The notes beneath the pieces were generated by a model. That model ran no database searches and had not been told where the DNA came from. It worked only from the letters and a program-made list of their open reading frames with translations. Positions 24,920 through 34,331 of a stretch of DNA of 41,619 nucleotides are shown piece by piece (position 1 is the first letter of the stretch; each line of letters starts with the position of its first letter). The position numbers and the translations under genes are program-made. This stretch comes from a virus (lineage: Duplodnaviria; Caudoviricetes), in IMG/VR virus record IMGVR_UViG_3300024181_000010, positions 1 through 41,619 of that record; one strand, written 5' to 3'.

Positions 24920-26311
24920 TTATCGCGTAGCCAACTGGATGAACGCGCTCAAGGTGGGCCCGTTGTTCTGCGGGGTGAGCGCGGACAGCAACGACGGCTG
25001 GCCGTCCTCGTGCAGCAGGATCCGGAAGTCCGTCTTGTCCGACCGGAACGAGGAGTGCTCCGAGGTGTCGAACTGCACGGCCAGGGCGTCACCGATGGTG
25101 TACTTGGTCCAGTCCACCAGGCTGACGTCACCCTGGGTGCCCAGCACGGCCGGAGCCTTACGGGTGTACCGGATCGGGATGCCCAGGATCGACATGGGCA
25201 GCGCGTTCGGTCCGCCGCCGGAGTTGAACATGACGGCGGAACCGCCGGTACCGACCGGAAGTGCCATGGTGTGCACCTCGGGGATGGCGTCCGGAGTGAT
25301 GTCCCACTCCGCGGTCGCGTAGCACTCGGGCAGCATCCGGGCGAACATGGCCAGGAAGTTGTTCCAGGTGAGCGTGGCCGCCGGCTGCAGCGACTCGCCG
25401 CTGACCGCGATCAGCGCCGGGTTGTTCGCGTGCAGCCCGCCCAGCGGCTTGCCGACACCGTCACCGGAGATCAGCGCGCGGTCCTCGAACTCGCGGATAC
25501 CGTTGGGCATGTTGGTCCGCATCCACGTCTCGAGCGACGGCGCGAACCGGATGAGCTCGTTCGGCACGGACGCGAGCCCGCCCAGCTTGTGCTGCTCGAG
25601 CGCGAGGGAGCCGAAAGTGGCGCTGGTCTCGGAGAACGTCTCGCCCGCGTCCAGCCAGGCGAACTGAATGCCGCCGTAGACCTCGCCGACCTCGGTGGTC
25701 ATGTCGTTGACCGGCCAGCGCATCTTGCCGGTGGGCAGCGGGACGACGGTGGCCTGAGGCCGGACGATCGCACCCTCGAGGGCACGGGTCATGATGTCGG
25801 CGCGCACCTCTTCGGGGATGAGGTAGCCGCCGTCGGCAGGCACGTTCGGCGAGTACGCGTTGGTCAGCTTGTCGTACTCGTCCATCCGGGCGCGGGTCTC
25901 GGTGCCACCCTTGCCCTGCTTGGTGAGCAGGATGTCCTGAAGCATCTGGGCGCCGTTCTCCCAGATCTTGCCCAGGGCGGGGTCGGCGCCGGGAGCGAGC
26001 TTGTTGTAGGCGGTGCCGGCGTTCTGGGCCTTGATGTCGGTCGGCCGCAGATCGGGGCGGCCGTCGGTGGGCACGCGGTTGCGCTTGAACATCTCCAGGA
26101 CCGACGCGGACACCTGATCGGTGAGCTGCCCCTTCAGGTCCCTCATGGTGGAGTTGACTTCATCGCGGTACGCAGAGGTGTAGCCGTCGAGCTTGGCCTT
26201 GAACGTGCCGTCCTGGGCGAGCTTGGCGAACTTCTCCGGGGTCTCCAGGGCGGTGTTCAGGAACTCCTCCCACTCCGAGGGAGTGACTGGCTGGGCGGTC
26301 GGTGCCGTCAT
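24920..26311 (-). CDS. Major capsid protein, HK97 fold
   Basis: DGGYLIPE, FEDRALISGDGVGKPLG, ILGIPI; N-terminal scaffold-like delta domain. Confidence 0.92.
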   Translation of the reverse strand: MTAPTAQPVTPSEWEEFLNTALETPEKFAKLAQDGTFKAKLDGYTSAYRDEVNSTMRDLKGQLTDQVSASVLEMFKRNRVPTDGRPDLRPTDIKAQNAGTAYNKLAPGADPALGKIWENGAQMLQDILLTKQGKGGTETRARMDEYDKLTNAYSPNVPADGGYLIPEEVRADIMTRALEGAIVRPQATVVPLPTGKMRWPVNDMTTEVGEVYGGIQFAWLDAGETFSETSATFGSLALEQHKLGGLASVPNELIRFAPSLETWMRTNMPNGIREFEDRALISGDGVGKPLGGLHANNPALIAVSGESLQPAATLTWNNFLAMFARMLPECYATAEWDITPDAIPEVHTMALPVGTGGSAVMFNSGGGPNALPMSILGIPIRYTRKAPAVLGTQGDVSLVDWTKYTIGDALAVQFDTSEHSSFRSDKTDFRILLHEDGQPSLLSALTPQNNGPTLSAFIQLATR

Positions 26312-27384
26312 CGGCTGAACGCTCCTTTCAGGGCGTTGCGCAATCCCTCGATGTCGAAGGTTGGGTCGATCTTGTCAGGTGCGGTGCGTGCCGTCGGCTG
26401 GAACATGCTGATGTCCAGCTTGTTCGCGGGCTCGGGTTCGTCCGGCTCGGTGGGAACGCCCGGCATGCCGGTCTGCCCGACCACGAGGTCACAGAGCTTG
26501 GCGTCCAGCGCGGCCTGAGCAGAAAACCAGGTGTCGCCGTCGGTCATGATGCCGCGCCACTCGTCCACGGTGCCGCCGGTACGCGCGGCGTAGATCCCCG
26601 CGATGGAGTCGGACAGCATGTCCAGCAGGTCGGCCACGTCACGCATGTCGTCCGCGGTGCCCATAGCCAGCCCCATGCCGTCATGCACCATGGCGAACGC
26701 ATTGTCAGCCATGCGCACTCCGCCGGTATCGGCCGCGGCGTCGTACGGGGAGGCGGCCAGCATGACGAACGACGCGGCGGACGCGGCGTAGCCGTCCACC
26801 CAGGAGGTGACCGGGCCACCGGTGTAGGCGCGGATGGCGTTGTACATGGCCGCGCCCTCGAAGATGATGCCGCCGGGCGAATTGATGTGCAGATCCACCG
26901 GCCCGGTCATGCCGGACAGGGCCTGCGCCACGTCGATGGCCTTGGTACCGTCCCACCCGCCGATGGCGTCGTACAGGTAGAGCGTGTTGCCCTCGGCGCG
27001 GAAGTCCTGCATGGCCGCGAACGGCGGCGCGTTGTCGGGGCGCATGGCCACCAGGTTGCGGGCGCTTGCGCCGGCTGTGAGCGCTTGGGCTTTGGCGATC
27101 AGCGAGGCGAGATCACGTTTCACGTTGTTACTGCTCCCGCCTCGGCGTCCGCGCTTGATGACCTTGCAGCGGCACGTGTTGCCATATTGTGCACCAACGC
27201 ACTTCTTGTAGCCACGACCGTTCGGATAGTCGGCGTACGCGTCGGCGCGGTTGCGGTAGGTCTTGCCGTTGTTCTCGCTGCACGGTTCGCACACATTGTC
27301 GTCTATGTGCGCTTTAACCACCCAGCGTTGCGCCATCTCCGGCTGTCCCCAGTCGCCGTTCTGCCGCGGCGCGCCGATCGTCAT
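26308..27384 (-). CDS. ClpP-family head maturation protease with an N-terminal Cys-rich (MuF-like) domain
   Basis: LHINSPGG, GYAASAAS, AMVHD, TWFSAQAAL; N-terminal DDNVCEPC...NTCRC. Confidence 0.85.
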   Translation of the reverse strand: MTIGAPRQNGDWGQPEMAQRWVVKAHIDDNVCEPCSENNGKTYRNRADAYADYPNGRGYKKCVGAQYGNTCRCKVIKRGRRGGSSNNVKRDLASLIAKAQALTAGASARNLVAMRPDNAPPFAAMQDFRAEGNTLYLYDAIGGWDGTKAIDVAQALSGMTGPVDLHINSPGGIIFEGAAMYNAIRAYTGGPVTSWVDGYAASAASFVMLAASPYDAAADTGGVRMADNAFAMVHDGMGLAMGTADDMRDVADLLDMLSDSIAGIYAARTGGTVDEWRGIMTDGDTWFSAQAALDAKLCDLVVGQTGMPGVPTEPDEPEPANKLDISMFQPTARTAPDKIDPTFDIEGLRNALKGAFSR

Positions 27385-28682
27385 AAGGGCTTCGGTTCGA
27401 TCGCAGGACCGTCCGGGTTTGCCGGAGCGCCGGCCGGAGCGACCGCAGGCTCGGGCGTAGCAGGCTCAGGCGCCATGGTCAGCGGAGGCAGCCCGGCGAT
27501 CTCCGCCGCGTTGGCCGGATCGACACCCGCGCCCTTGAGGATCTGAAAGATGGTGGCCGCGTTCAGATCGTCCGCGCGTTGCTCCGCGCGCTCACGCCGG
27601 ATCGGGTTGGTGTAGACGAAGCAGAGGCCTTGCTCCTGCGCGCCCGGGAACAGCGGAAGGAAGTCGTTGTTCAGCATCTGCTGCCAGCGGTCCAGGCGCG
27701 GCACGGTCATCCGCTCCGCGAAGTCGCTGGACGCCGCCGCGGCGCTGGCCCGGTTGACGTCCTCGAGGACGCCCACGTCGTACTTGCTGGCACCGAACGC
27801 CAGCAGGATGGTGTCCCGGTTCAGGTTGCTTGTCTCGACAAGCTGCATGTCCGCGATGCTCATGGGTTTCGGGTCGACCCAGTCGCCGTCCTCGAGGAAC
27901 GCGGTACGCCCGGCGTTGGCCGGCCCCTTGTGGTTGTAGTTCCAGCGCTCCACCAGGCGATCGAATTCGGCGTCGTTCATCCGCCGGGCCAGCTTGACGA
28001 TCCCGCCCGGGCGCGCGCCGTTGGCGTAGAAGTTCGCGTTCCATTCCGCGCTCATGGCCGAGCCGGAGATCTGCGACATGATCGTCTGCACAGGACCGAG
28101 GCCGCGGTACGGATCGATCGGGTTCGGCATGCGCATGGACAGCACGTCGCGCGGCTTCAGCGGCTGCTCGCGCCCGTCCGGGCCCACGTAGAGGTAGCCG
28201 ATCAGGTAGTCACGGGGATCGGTGACCACCACCATCCGGTCCGGGCGCGCCACCCAGAGCTCTGCGGGAATCCGCCCGAGGTAGCTGACCACCAGCCAGC
28301 CCTCGCCGGTCAGGTCCACGTGCTGCTGGCCGGACTCGAACAGCTCTTGCCGGGTGTAGAAGTTGTTCGGCTTGTGCAGCGTGACCAGCGCGGGATGCTT
28401 CTCCACCTGCTGAACGCCGACCTCACCGCACTCGTCCTCGGTGCCCTGCCCGTACTCGCAGGTCTGGCCGGGCACGGGCACGTGCAGATGCCAGTCAACC
28501 TTCGCTGTGGCCGTGCTGGTCCGGTTGATGACGGAGAACAGGGTGGCGGACGCGCCCATGGCGTCCATCTGTGCGAGCGGACCGGAGCGTCCATACCCGC
28601 CGCTGAGCCGGCGCCGATCGTCGCCGTGCTGGGCGTAGGAGATCTGCGCGCGGTTCAGCAGGGGGCCGAGAAGGGATCTCAT
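27381..28682 (-). CDS. Portal protein (HK97 family)
   Basis: KPNNFYT...LTGEGW, DPYRGLGPV, NFYANGARPGGIV. Confidence 0.92.
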   Translation of the reverse strand: MRSLLGPLLNRAQISYAQHGDDRRRLSGGYGRSGPLAQMDAMGASATLFSVINRTSTATAKVDWHLHVPVPGQTCEYGQGTEDECGEVGVQQVEKHPALVTLHKPNNFYTRQELFESGQQHVDLTGEGWLVVSYLGRIPAELWVARPDRMVVVTDPRDYLIGYLYVGPDGREQPLKPRDVLSMRMPNPIDPYRGLGPVQTIMSQISGSAMSAEWNANFYANGARPGGIVKLARRMNDAEFDRLVERWNYNHKGPANAGRTAFLEDGDWVDPKPMSIADMQLVETSNLNRDTILLAFGASKYDVGVLEDVNRASAAAASSDFAERMTVPRLDRWQQMLNNDFLPLFPGAQEQGLCFVYTNPIRRERAEQRADDLNAATIFQILKGAGVDPANAAEIAGLPPLTMAPEPATPEPAVAPAGAPANPDGPAIEPKPL

Positions 28683-28876
28683 TCCTTGCCCCCGAGAGCC
28701 TCAAAATACAGAAACCAGATTCCATCCGGCACGTCACAAGCCTTGTTCTCGTTCGGTATCACCGTGGCCTTGTCGTTGTCAAAGTCGCAGCGCGAGCAGA
28801 CCAGTATGTTGCCCGGCAGCAATCCTCGACGGCGGCCACAGCACGCTACTTCGAAATAGGGCTTGTTCAGGCTCAC
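28679..28876 (-). CDS. Small Zn-ribbon-like protein
   Basis: GTG 28876 overlaps the previous stop; CCG...CSRCDFD. Confidence 0.55.
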   Translation of the reverse strand: MSLNKPYFEVACCGRRRGLLPGNILVCSRCDFDNDKATVIPNENKACDVPDGIWFLYFEALGGKE

Positions 28877-29127
28877 CGCTCGCTCCCGCCCAGCGCCTCG
28901 AGGACCAGCAGGCTCACGCCGATACCGACCGTGCCCGCAATCCAGTGCCAGCCGAACAGGCCCGTGTCGATGGCCGCGAACGCACCCCACTGCATGAGCC
29001 CGGTGCGCGCGCGCTTCCACGTCGGCAGCTTGCGTGCCAGCCAGGAGACCAGGAGCAGCAGAGCGGGCCGGGCGGTACGGCGTGGCCGGGTGCGCGCCGC
29101 GGCCCATGCCTGCGTGACGGTGGTCAT
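28873..29127 (-). CDS. Membrane protein between terminase and portal
   Basis: Two C-terminal hydrophobic segments. Confidence 0.65.
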   Translation of the reverse strand: MTTVTQAWAAARTRPRRTARPALLLLVSWLARKLPTWKRARTGLMQWGAFAAIDTGLFGWHWIAGTVGIGVSLLVLEALGGSER

Positions 29128-29309
29128 CAGGCTTCCGGCCCGGGAGAGGGCGCAGGCGCGCCCACCGGGTTGACGGTGATCTTCCAGCCGGACATGGTGC
29201 TCTCGACCGCTGTGATCACTTCGTCGCCGTGGCCGGTGGCGACGGTGGCATCATGGATCACCTGGAACCATTGCTCCGGGGAGTACGGCAGTTCATCGGT
29301 CATCGTCAT
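29127..29309 (-). CDS. Small hypothetical protein
   Basis: ATG overlaps the TerL stop; TGATG coupling downstream. Confidence 0.5.
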   Translation of the reverse strand: MTMTDELPYSPEQWFQVIHDATVATGHGDEVITAVESTMSGWKITVNPVGAPAPSPGPEA

Positions 29310-30610
29310 CCCCATCGCACATTGGTCGGGCCGTGCAGGTCAGCCTCGCAGACAAAGTACCTCTCGGCGTCCTTCCCATGGTCATTCTTCTTCACGGGTT
29401 GCTCACGCTTGCGGTCGGCTCCGGGTGGTTCGGGCGCCCAGATGTAGCCGGGAGTCTCCTCGATCGTGCTGGTGGGTAGCTTCCGGTCGACCAGCGACGG
29501 ATCCTTCTCCACCAGCGCATCGCGGAAGTAGTGCAGCCGCGGCCTGCCGTCCGCAGCGACCTTGTATCGCTCGGCCACGGCGTCGATGCCCATGGTCACG
29601 GCCTTCTCCGCGGCGATGGTGCCCATGCCGAGATGCCGTTCCAGGGTGGCCCGGTCCTCGGCGTCGTGGTCACAGACGATGGCGGACGGGCGCGGCCCGC
29701 CCAGGTTGCGGATCTGCCGGGCGTGGTCTTCCACGAGCCGGCCGGACATGTAGATCTCGCGCACCAGGTAGGCGCGCCGATCTTCGTCCAATGCCCAGTC
29801 CTGCCAGACGAACGGGTTGGTGTGGCCGAAGTCCACGGACCAGATCCGCTCCCAGGACGGCGGCACGGGGAAAGAGTCGATGACGTGGATGGCGGGATCG
29901 AAGTTCTCATAGATGACGCCCTCGGCCGCTGCCCAGATGTTCTTGCGCAGACGCAGATAACGCACCCCGGTCAGGGAGTCCAGGCGCTCTATGTACGCCT
30001 TGCCCTCCTGGGTGGGTGTGCCGTCGGCGTGGAAGTAGCGGGGGTTGTCCTCGTGCTGGCTGACCAGGTGCGCAAGCTTGCCGGTCGCGGCGCGCTCGAG
30101 CAGCCAGTGCGTCGGGTGCGAGGGGTTGCAGTCCCCGATGATCTGCTGGAAGGAGATGGCGCCGTTGCGGAGCCGGATGTTGACGGACTCCCAGTCCTCC
30201 TCGGTGATCTCCGTGCATTCCTGGATGAAAGCGACGTCGTATTCGGTCGACATGACTTTCATGGGATCGTCCAGGCCACCGATCACCACGGACGATCCGT
30301 TGCTGTAGCGGTACTGTGCCGGCTCCCGCGCACTGCCTCCGTAGAAGCTGACCGTGCCGTCACGCATGGCTTCCTTCACCACGTCGCGCTCCCAGGTGCG
30401 CAGTGCGCTGGTGGCCAGCGAGCGCGCTGTCTTGCGCAGGATGAGGCATTTAGTGCCGGGGGTGATCAGGCAGATGAGGTTGATCTTCTCGAGGACGGCG
30501 CGCGATTTGCCGGTACCCGCGGCGCCGGAGATGAGCACCTCCTTGGCGCGGCTGTTGGCCAGCTCGAGCGCGGCGCCGCGCAGCTCCACCTCATGATCTT
30601 GCACCTGCAT
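29306..30610 (-). CDS. terL: Terminase large subunit
   Basis: SGAAGTGKS, FIQECTE, DCNP, SVDFGHTNP, NDHGKDAERY; probable leaderless ATG 30610 after CATACT. Confidence 0.93.
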   Translation of the reverse strand: MQVQDHEVELRGAALELANSRAKEVLISGAAGTGKSRAVLEKINLICLITPGTKCLILRKTARSLATSALRTWERDVVKEAMRDGTVSFYGGSAREPAQYRYSNGSSVVIGGLDDPMKVMSTEYDVAFIQECTEITEEDWESVNIRLRNGAISFQQIIGDCNPSHPTHWLLERAATGKLAHLVSQHEDNPRYFHADGTPTQEGKAYIERLDSLTGVRYLRLRKNIWAAAEGVIYENFDPAIHVIDSFPVPPSWERIWSVDFGHTNPFVWQDWALDEDRRAYLVREIYMSGRLVEDHARQIRNLGGPRPSAIVCDHDAEDRATLERHLGMGTIAAEKAVTMGIDAVAERYKVAADGRPRLHYFRDALVEKDPSLVDRKLPTSTIEETPGYIWAPEPPGADRKREQPVKKNDHGKDAERYFVCEADLHGPTNVRWG

Positions 30611-30684
30611 GGGGCAAGTATGCAGAACAGCCACGGTTGTGGGGAACCGTGGCTGTTCTGGCGGAGGCAACCGCAGGCCGGACG

Positions 30685-31587
30685 TTAGCAGGAGCCGGCG
30701 TTACCGGGGGTGGTTGCCACGCCGCCCACGAACTTGTAGCCGGCTTTGCCGTAGTAGAACGTGCGCGTGCTGCCGGTCGCGAACGTCGCGTCGAAAGCAG
30801 GTGCGTCGGTGGGCGTGAACATCGTGAACGAGGTGGTCAGCGTGCTGGGCGACGGGTTGACGATCGACAGGCTGCCCACGTATGCCTGACCGACACCGGG
30901 CGTACCGCCCAGCCCGAGGTCGCCGCACGGCTTGTCGTTGCTGGTACCTGCGTTGTTGGCGCCGTTGTAGTAGTACTCGCCGAACGCTTGGACGAATTTG
31001 GACGTCTGGAATCCTGCGCTGAACGCGGCCGGGGTGTAGCAGCCGACCGACGTGCCCGCGTAGGTGATGAACCACCCGTTGTTGTAGGCGCCGCATCCGG
31101 TCATCGACCAGAACACCTGCAACTGCTTGGCCGTTCCGATGTCCGCGGTGAGGTCGGAGCCCAGGTTGGTCGCGTTCGCGCCGTTGTCGACCCAATTGGC
31201 GCCACCGGTCCAGCAGCCACCGGCCACGCCACCGGTCCAGGAGCAGCCGAACAGGTGCGGGTTGAAGTCACCGAACACGGTGGGTTCGACGGCGATGCCG
31301 GCCTCAACAGTATTGCCGGACACGCCGGAGGTGGTTTCGTGGACGGCCAGCTCGATCAGCGAGTGATCGTAGACGCCGCCCACGGCGGTGTTGGGGACGA
31401 ACGGTTTGGCCACGTAGGCGTTGGTGGACAGGCCACGCACGTAGTCGGTGCCGGTGAAGGTCTGGCTTCCGCCGGCGTAGTAGAAGCCCGCGCCCGTGAA
31501 CGCAGTGGCCTGCGCGGCGGAGGGCAGCGCCAGCAGGGAGACCAGGACAAGCAGGGTCAGGCCGATCGAGCCGAGTATCTTTTTCAT
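30685..31587 (-). CDS. Secreted neprosin-like (glutamic peptidase fold) protein
   Basis: Signal peptide ending AQA; HSLIELAV...NTVEAGIAVEPTVFGDFNPHLF...WFITY...VGCY...VQAFGE; own TATACT promoter. Confidence 0.75.
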   Translation of the reverse strand: MKKILGSIGLTLLVLVSLLALPSAAQATAFTGAGFYYAGGSQTFTGTDYVRGLSTNAYVAKPFVPNTAVGGVYDHSLIELAVHETTSGVSGNTVEAGIAVEPTVFGDFNPHLFGCSWTGGVAGGCWTGGANWVDNGANATNLGSDLTADIGTAKQLQVFWSMTGCGAYNNGWFITYAGTSVGCYTPAAFSAGFQTSKFVQAFGEYYYNGANNAGTSNDKPCGDLGLGGTPGVGQAYVGSLSIVNPSPSTLTTSFTMFTPTDAPAFDATFATGSTRTFYYGKAGYKFVGGVATTPGNAGSC

Positions 31588-31609
31588 GGGTCCAGTATAT
31601 CGGGTTGAT

Positions 31610-31708
31610 CTATGCGCCGAAAGCCATTCGCCCGATAGCAATAGTGATCAGAATCGATCCTGCCATGACGGCCAGCATGGGCAGCGAGAGAAGCGCGGCG
31701 AGCTTCAC
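31610..31708 (-). CDS. 32-aa hydrophobic peptide (not in ORF track)
   Basis: MKLAALLSLPMLAVMAGSILITIAIGRMAFGA; GTGA overlap with the TerS stop. Confidence 0.5.
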   Translation of the reverse strand: MKLAALLSLPMLAVMAGSILITIAIGRMAFGA

Positions 31709-32187
31709 CGCAGGTTCTCCGGCTCTACCCCGTTGATCTTGTAGTTGGTGGTCACGCCCACCTCGCCGCCCAGCGTCACCCGGTTGGGCAGATGCCCCAG
31801 CTCCTCGGCCACGTTGCGCAGGATCTTCTGGGCCACGCCGGCATCAATCTCCATGATCGGATGCCGCTCGCCGCTCTCGTCCGGCAGGCCATACATGATC
31901 TCGCCCTTGGCGTTCACCTTCGGCACAGGCTTGAGCGCGGTGTCCAGCACGTCCAGGTACGTGGCCAGCCGGATAGCCTTCTCCGCGATGGCAATCCCCG
32001 CGAACTCGTTCTCCTGGTCAGCGCGCACCTGCTCGATCGTCTGCCGGTGACGGTCGGCAAAGAAGCTGATGGCCGGCTGGGTGACGCCGTACTCCTCGGC
32101 CAGCTTCTCCTGCGTCTTGCCGGACGTGGCCAACTCGACGATCAGTTGCCTGCGCGTCCAGGGCTTCTCAAGCTTCCGGGGAGGCAT
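31705..32187 (-). CDS. terS: Terminase small subunit (N-terminal HTH)
   Basis: KTQEKLAEEYGVTQPAIS HTH; VAEELGHLP...YKINGV end; first gene of the packaging block. Confidence 0.7.
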   Translation of the reverse strand: MPPRKLEKPWTRRQLIVELATSGKTQEKLAEEYGVTQPAISFFADRHRQTIEQVRADQENEFAGIAIAEKAIRLATYLDVLDTALKPVPKVNAKGEIMYGLPDESGERHPIMEIDAGVAQKILRNVAEELGHLPNRVTLGGEVGVTTNYKINGVEPENLR

Positions 32188-32617
32188 AAATAGCTCCATT
32201 AGCCTGGTTATCCACAGGGTTATCCACAGGTCGCATGACTAGTGCAGCCTTGAATTCGTCCAGCAACTTGTGCCGGGTGAAGAACTGCGTACCGCTCCAC
32301 GTCCACAGCGATCCCCACGATCCGCCCAGGCGTACCGCCACGGCATGCCGGTCCCCGCGTACCAGCCGGAGCGCCTCGGAGAACTTGGGCGCCGCGCCGG
32401 CTTTGCCGGTGGTCGCGTGCGGGACGTAGCCGTTCGCATACGTGATCCGCCCGGTCCAGCCATGTGAGAGCGCAAGCTTCAGCAGATCGGCCGCGGGCTT
32501 GGAAGTCGGCCCGTCATACGGGTCGTCCGAGGTGAGCAGGGGTGCCGGGTACGGCTCGGCCGTGGCCGGCACGGGCGCGGCGCCGGGAGGCGGGAACGGG
32601 TAGTGCGTGATCTGCAT
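32168..32617 (-). CDS. Hypothetical protein
   Basis: ATG 32617 with GGAGAGG RBS. Confidence 0.6.
   Translation of the reverse strand: MQITHYPFPPPGAAPVPATAEPYPAPLLTSDDPYDGPTSKPAADLLKLALSHGWTGRITYANGYVPHATTGKAGAAPKFSEALRLVRGDRHAVAVRLGGSWGSLWTWSGTQFFTRHKLLDEFKAALVMRPVDNPVDNQANGAIYASPEA
32206..32230 (+). promoter_or_regulatory. Two tandem consensus DnaA boxes (TTATCCACA)
   Basis: TTATCCACA at 32208-16 and 32220-28. Confidence 0.6.
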
Positions 32618-32730
32618 CAGCCTCTCCTGTCCCTGGTCCTGGCCGCTGCGCCGACCACGAGCACGGTGCCGACGGCAAGCGCTGCCCAGAACACGCACGC
32701 TATCGCCGTGATCACCAGGAATGCGGTCAT
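32617..32730 (-). CDS. 37-aa single-TM peptide (not in ORF track)
   Basis: MTAFLVITAIACVFWAALAVGTVLVVGAAARTRDRRG; coupled on both sides. Confidence 0.55.
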   Translation of the reverse strand: MTAFLVITAIACVFWAALAVGTVLVVGAAARTRDRRG

Positions 32731-33179
32731 GTCAGCCATCCGGTCAGCTCGTTATCAGTCCAGTCGTACGTGCCGTCCAGCGCGGTCAGCAGGTACTGCG
32801 CCGGTGGGGCCTCGAGCAGCTTGACCGCGCGCGACAGTTGGCCATGGTCATAGCGCGCGATCAGCCGGTTGCACGTGTTCGCGGACAGACTGCCCGTGCA
32901 GACCAGCGCGCGTACCGCCTCGAGCCGGTTGCCGATCAGGTGGTTGTGGTCCACACCCAGGCGCCGTCCGCCGCGGCCTGCCGGATCGTCCGGGTGCATG
33001 CCGCGCGCCGTCCGGCAGATGTAGCACCGTCCGGACTGCGCCAGGTACATCTGCCGGTAGAACATCGGGGTGACGCCGTACTCACGCCCGATGTGCCGGT
33101 AGAAAGCCCGCCACGTCCTCAGAACGTCCGGACCCATACCCGGGGGTGGGTTCCAGTCCAGCGTGACCGTAGCGGGCAT
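32727..33179 (-). CDS. Endonuclease VII-family (His-Me finger) nuclease
   Basis: QSGRCYIC...LGVDHNH...VRALVC...CNRLI. Confidence 0.85.
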   Translation of the reverse strand: MPATVTLDWNPPPGMGPDVLRTWRAFYRHIGREYGVTPMFYRQMYLAQSGRCYICRTARGMHPDDPAGRGGRRLGVDHNHLIGNRLEAVRALVCTGSLSANTCNRLIARYDHGQLSRAVKLLEAPPAQYLLTALDGTYDWTDNELTGWLT

Positions 33180-33180
33180 C

Positions 33181-33546
33181 TCAGGAGGCTTTCTCGGAGA
33201 AATTCAGGCTCACGTCGTGCACGGGCTGCGCGATCCGGTAGTGCACGCGCGGCCGGTTGGCCGTGTAGCCCTTGCCGCGAGCGTAGACGGTGGGCACCGG
33301 GATCAACTCCTGCTCCAGCACGCCCGTGCTGCGCATCCGGCTCAGCATCTCGGCAACGCTGGCGCGCTTGACGCCGAACTCCTGGGCTGCCATGTCCGCG
33401 AGATCCTGCCCGTTCCTGAAGGTGGTGTGATCGAGGCGATCCCACACGTACTGCCACGCCTGTGCCATCCGGCCACCCTTGGCGCCGAAATGGTAGGTGC
33501 CGCTGGGGATGGGGGCGATGCCGTTGGGTCGCTCGATCACTGCCAT
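33181..33546 (-). CDS. Winged-helix DNA-binding protein (regulator candidate)
   Basis: AAQEFGVKRASVAEMLSRMRSTGVL...VHYRI; leaderless ATG 33546 after AATACT. Confidence 0.6.
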   Translation of the reverse strand: MAVIERPNGIAPIPSGTYHFGAKGGRMAQAWQYVWDRLDHTTFRNGQDLADMAAQEFGVKRASVAEMLSRMRSTGVLEQELIPVPTVYARGKGYTANRPRVHYRIAQPVHDVSLNFSEKAS

Positions 33547-33556
33547 GAGCCCAGTA

Positions 33557-34015
33557 TTACGCATCGGTCCGGGCGAGACAAGCAGGGCAGTCCGCCAGAC
33601 CCGGATCCGTCACCAGGCGATACCGCGTGCCCGGATCCGCCGCAGCGCAGGCCGGCATGTCACGGACGCGCAGATGAACGGGCGCCGTGGTCAGCGTGGT
33701 GCGCACGATGTCGCGCCCGGTGTGCGCCGTGCTCGCCTCCACCAGCCCCAGGCGCAGGCACTCGTTCACGATGCGGGTCAGGTGGATGTCGTCCCATCCG
33801 CCGATCATGTGCCAGGTACGGCCTGCCGGGACGACCAGCGCGCCGCGCTCGATCCGGTGAATGAGCCGCGCGGCGTCCAGGTCGGTCACGTGGTTGCGGA
33901 AGCGGGTGGCGTCCGGGGTGTCCTCGCCGGCCAGGCAGTGCGCGCCTGCCCGGGCGATGAGGTCCAAATCCCGCTGCGAGAGATCTCCGAGGAGGTCAAG
34001 GTTCAGGTCTGTCAT
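33557..34015 (-). CDS. Hypothetical protein, leaderless start
   Basis: TG-extended TATACT 6 nt before ATG 34015; C-terminal H...C...CPAC. Confidence 0.65.
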   Translation of the reverse strand: MTDLNLDLLGDLSQRDLDLIARAGAHCLAGEDTPDATRFRNHVTDLDAARLIHRIERGALVVPAGRTWHMIGGWDDIHLTRIVNECLRLGLVEASTAHTGRDIVRTTLTTAPVHLRVRDMPACAAADPGTRYRLVTDPGLADCPACLARTDA

Positions 34016-34260
34016 GAGTCGAGTATAGCAAGGTCATGCTTCAGCCGATAGAGAACCCGACCTCCATGAATATTGGCTACCCGCGTAAACCTGCCATCTT
34101 TCGCAAGGTGATGTCCCAGGCTGACCGAAGCTCCACGCGTATATATCACCCACTGCGTACGAGCCGGAAAAACTTCCTTCGGAAGCTCGCCCAGGATCTG
34201 CTGGATGGTCCACATGCCGACGCCGTAACGGTCATGAATTGCCTTCACTAGATCATCCAT
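34012..34260 (-). CDS. Small hypothetical protein (lower GC, possibly wHTH)
   Basis: TAAGAT 7 nt before ATG 34260; ATGA overlap. Confidence 0.55.
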   Translation of the reverse strand: MDDLVKAIHDRYGVGMWTIQQILGELPKEVFPARTQWVIYTRGASVSLGHHLAKDGRFTRVANIHGGRVLYRLKHDLAILDS

Positions 34261-34331
34261 GCCCTACATCTTACCCATCTTCTCCGTCCCGTGCTACCCG
34301 TAACGGCCAGTGACAGCGCGCGGCGCGGTTG

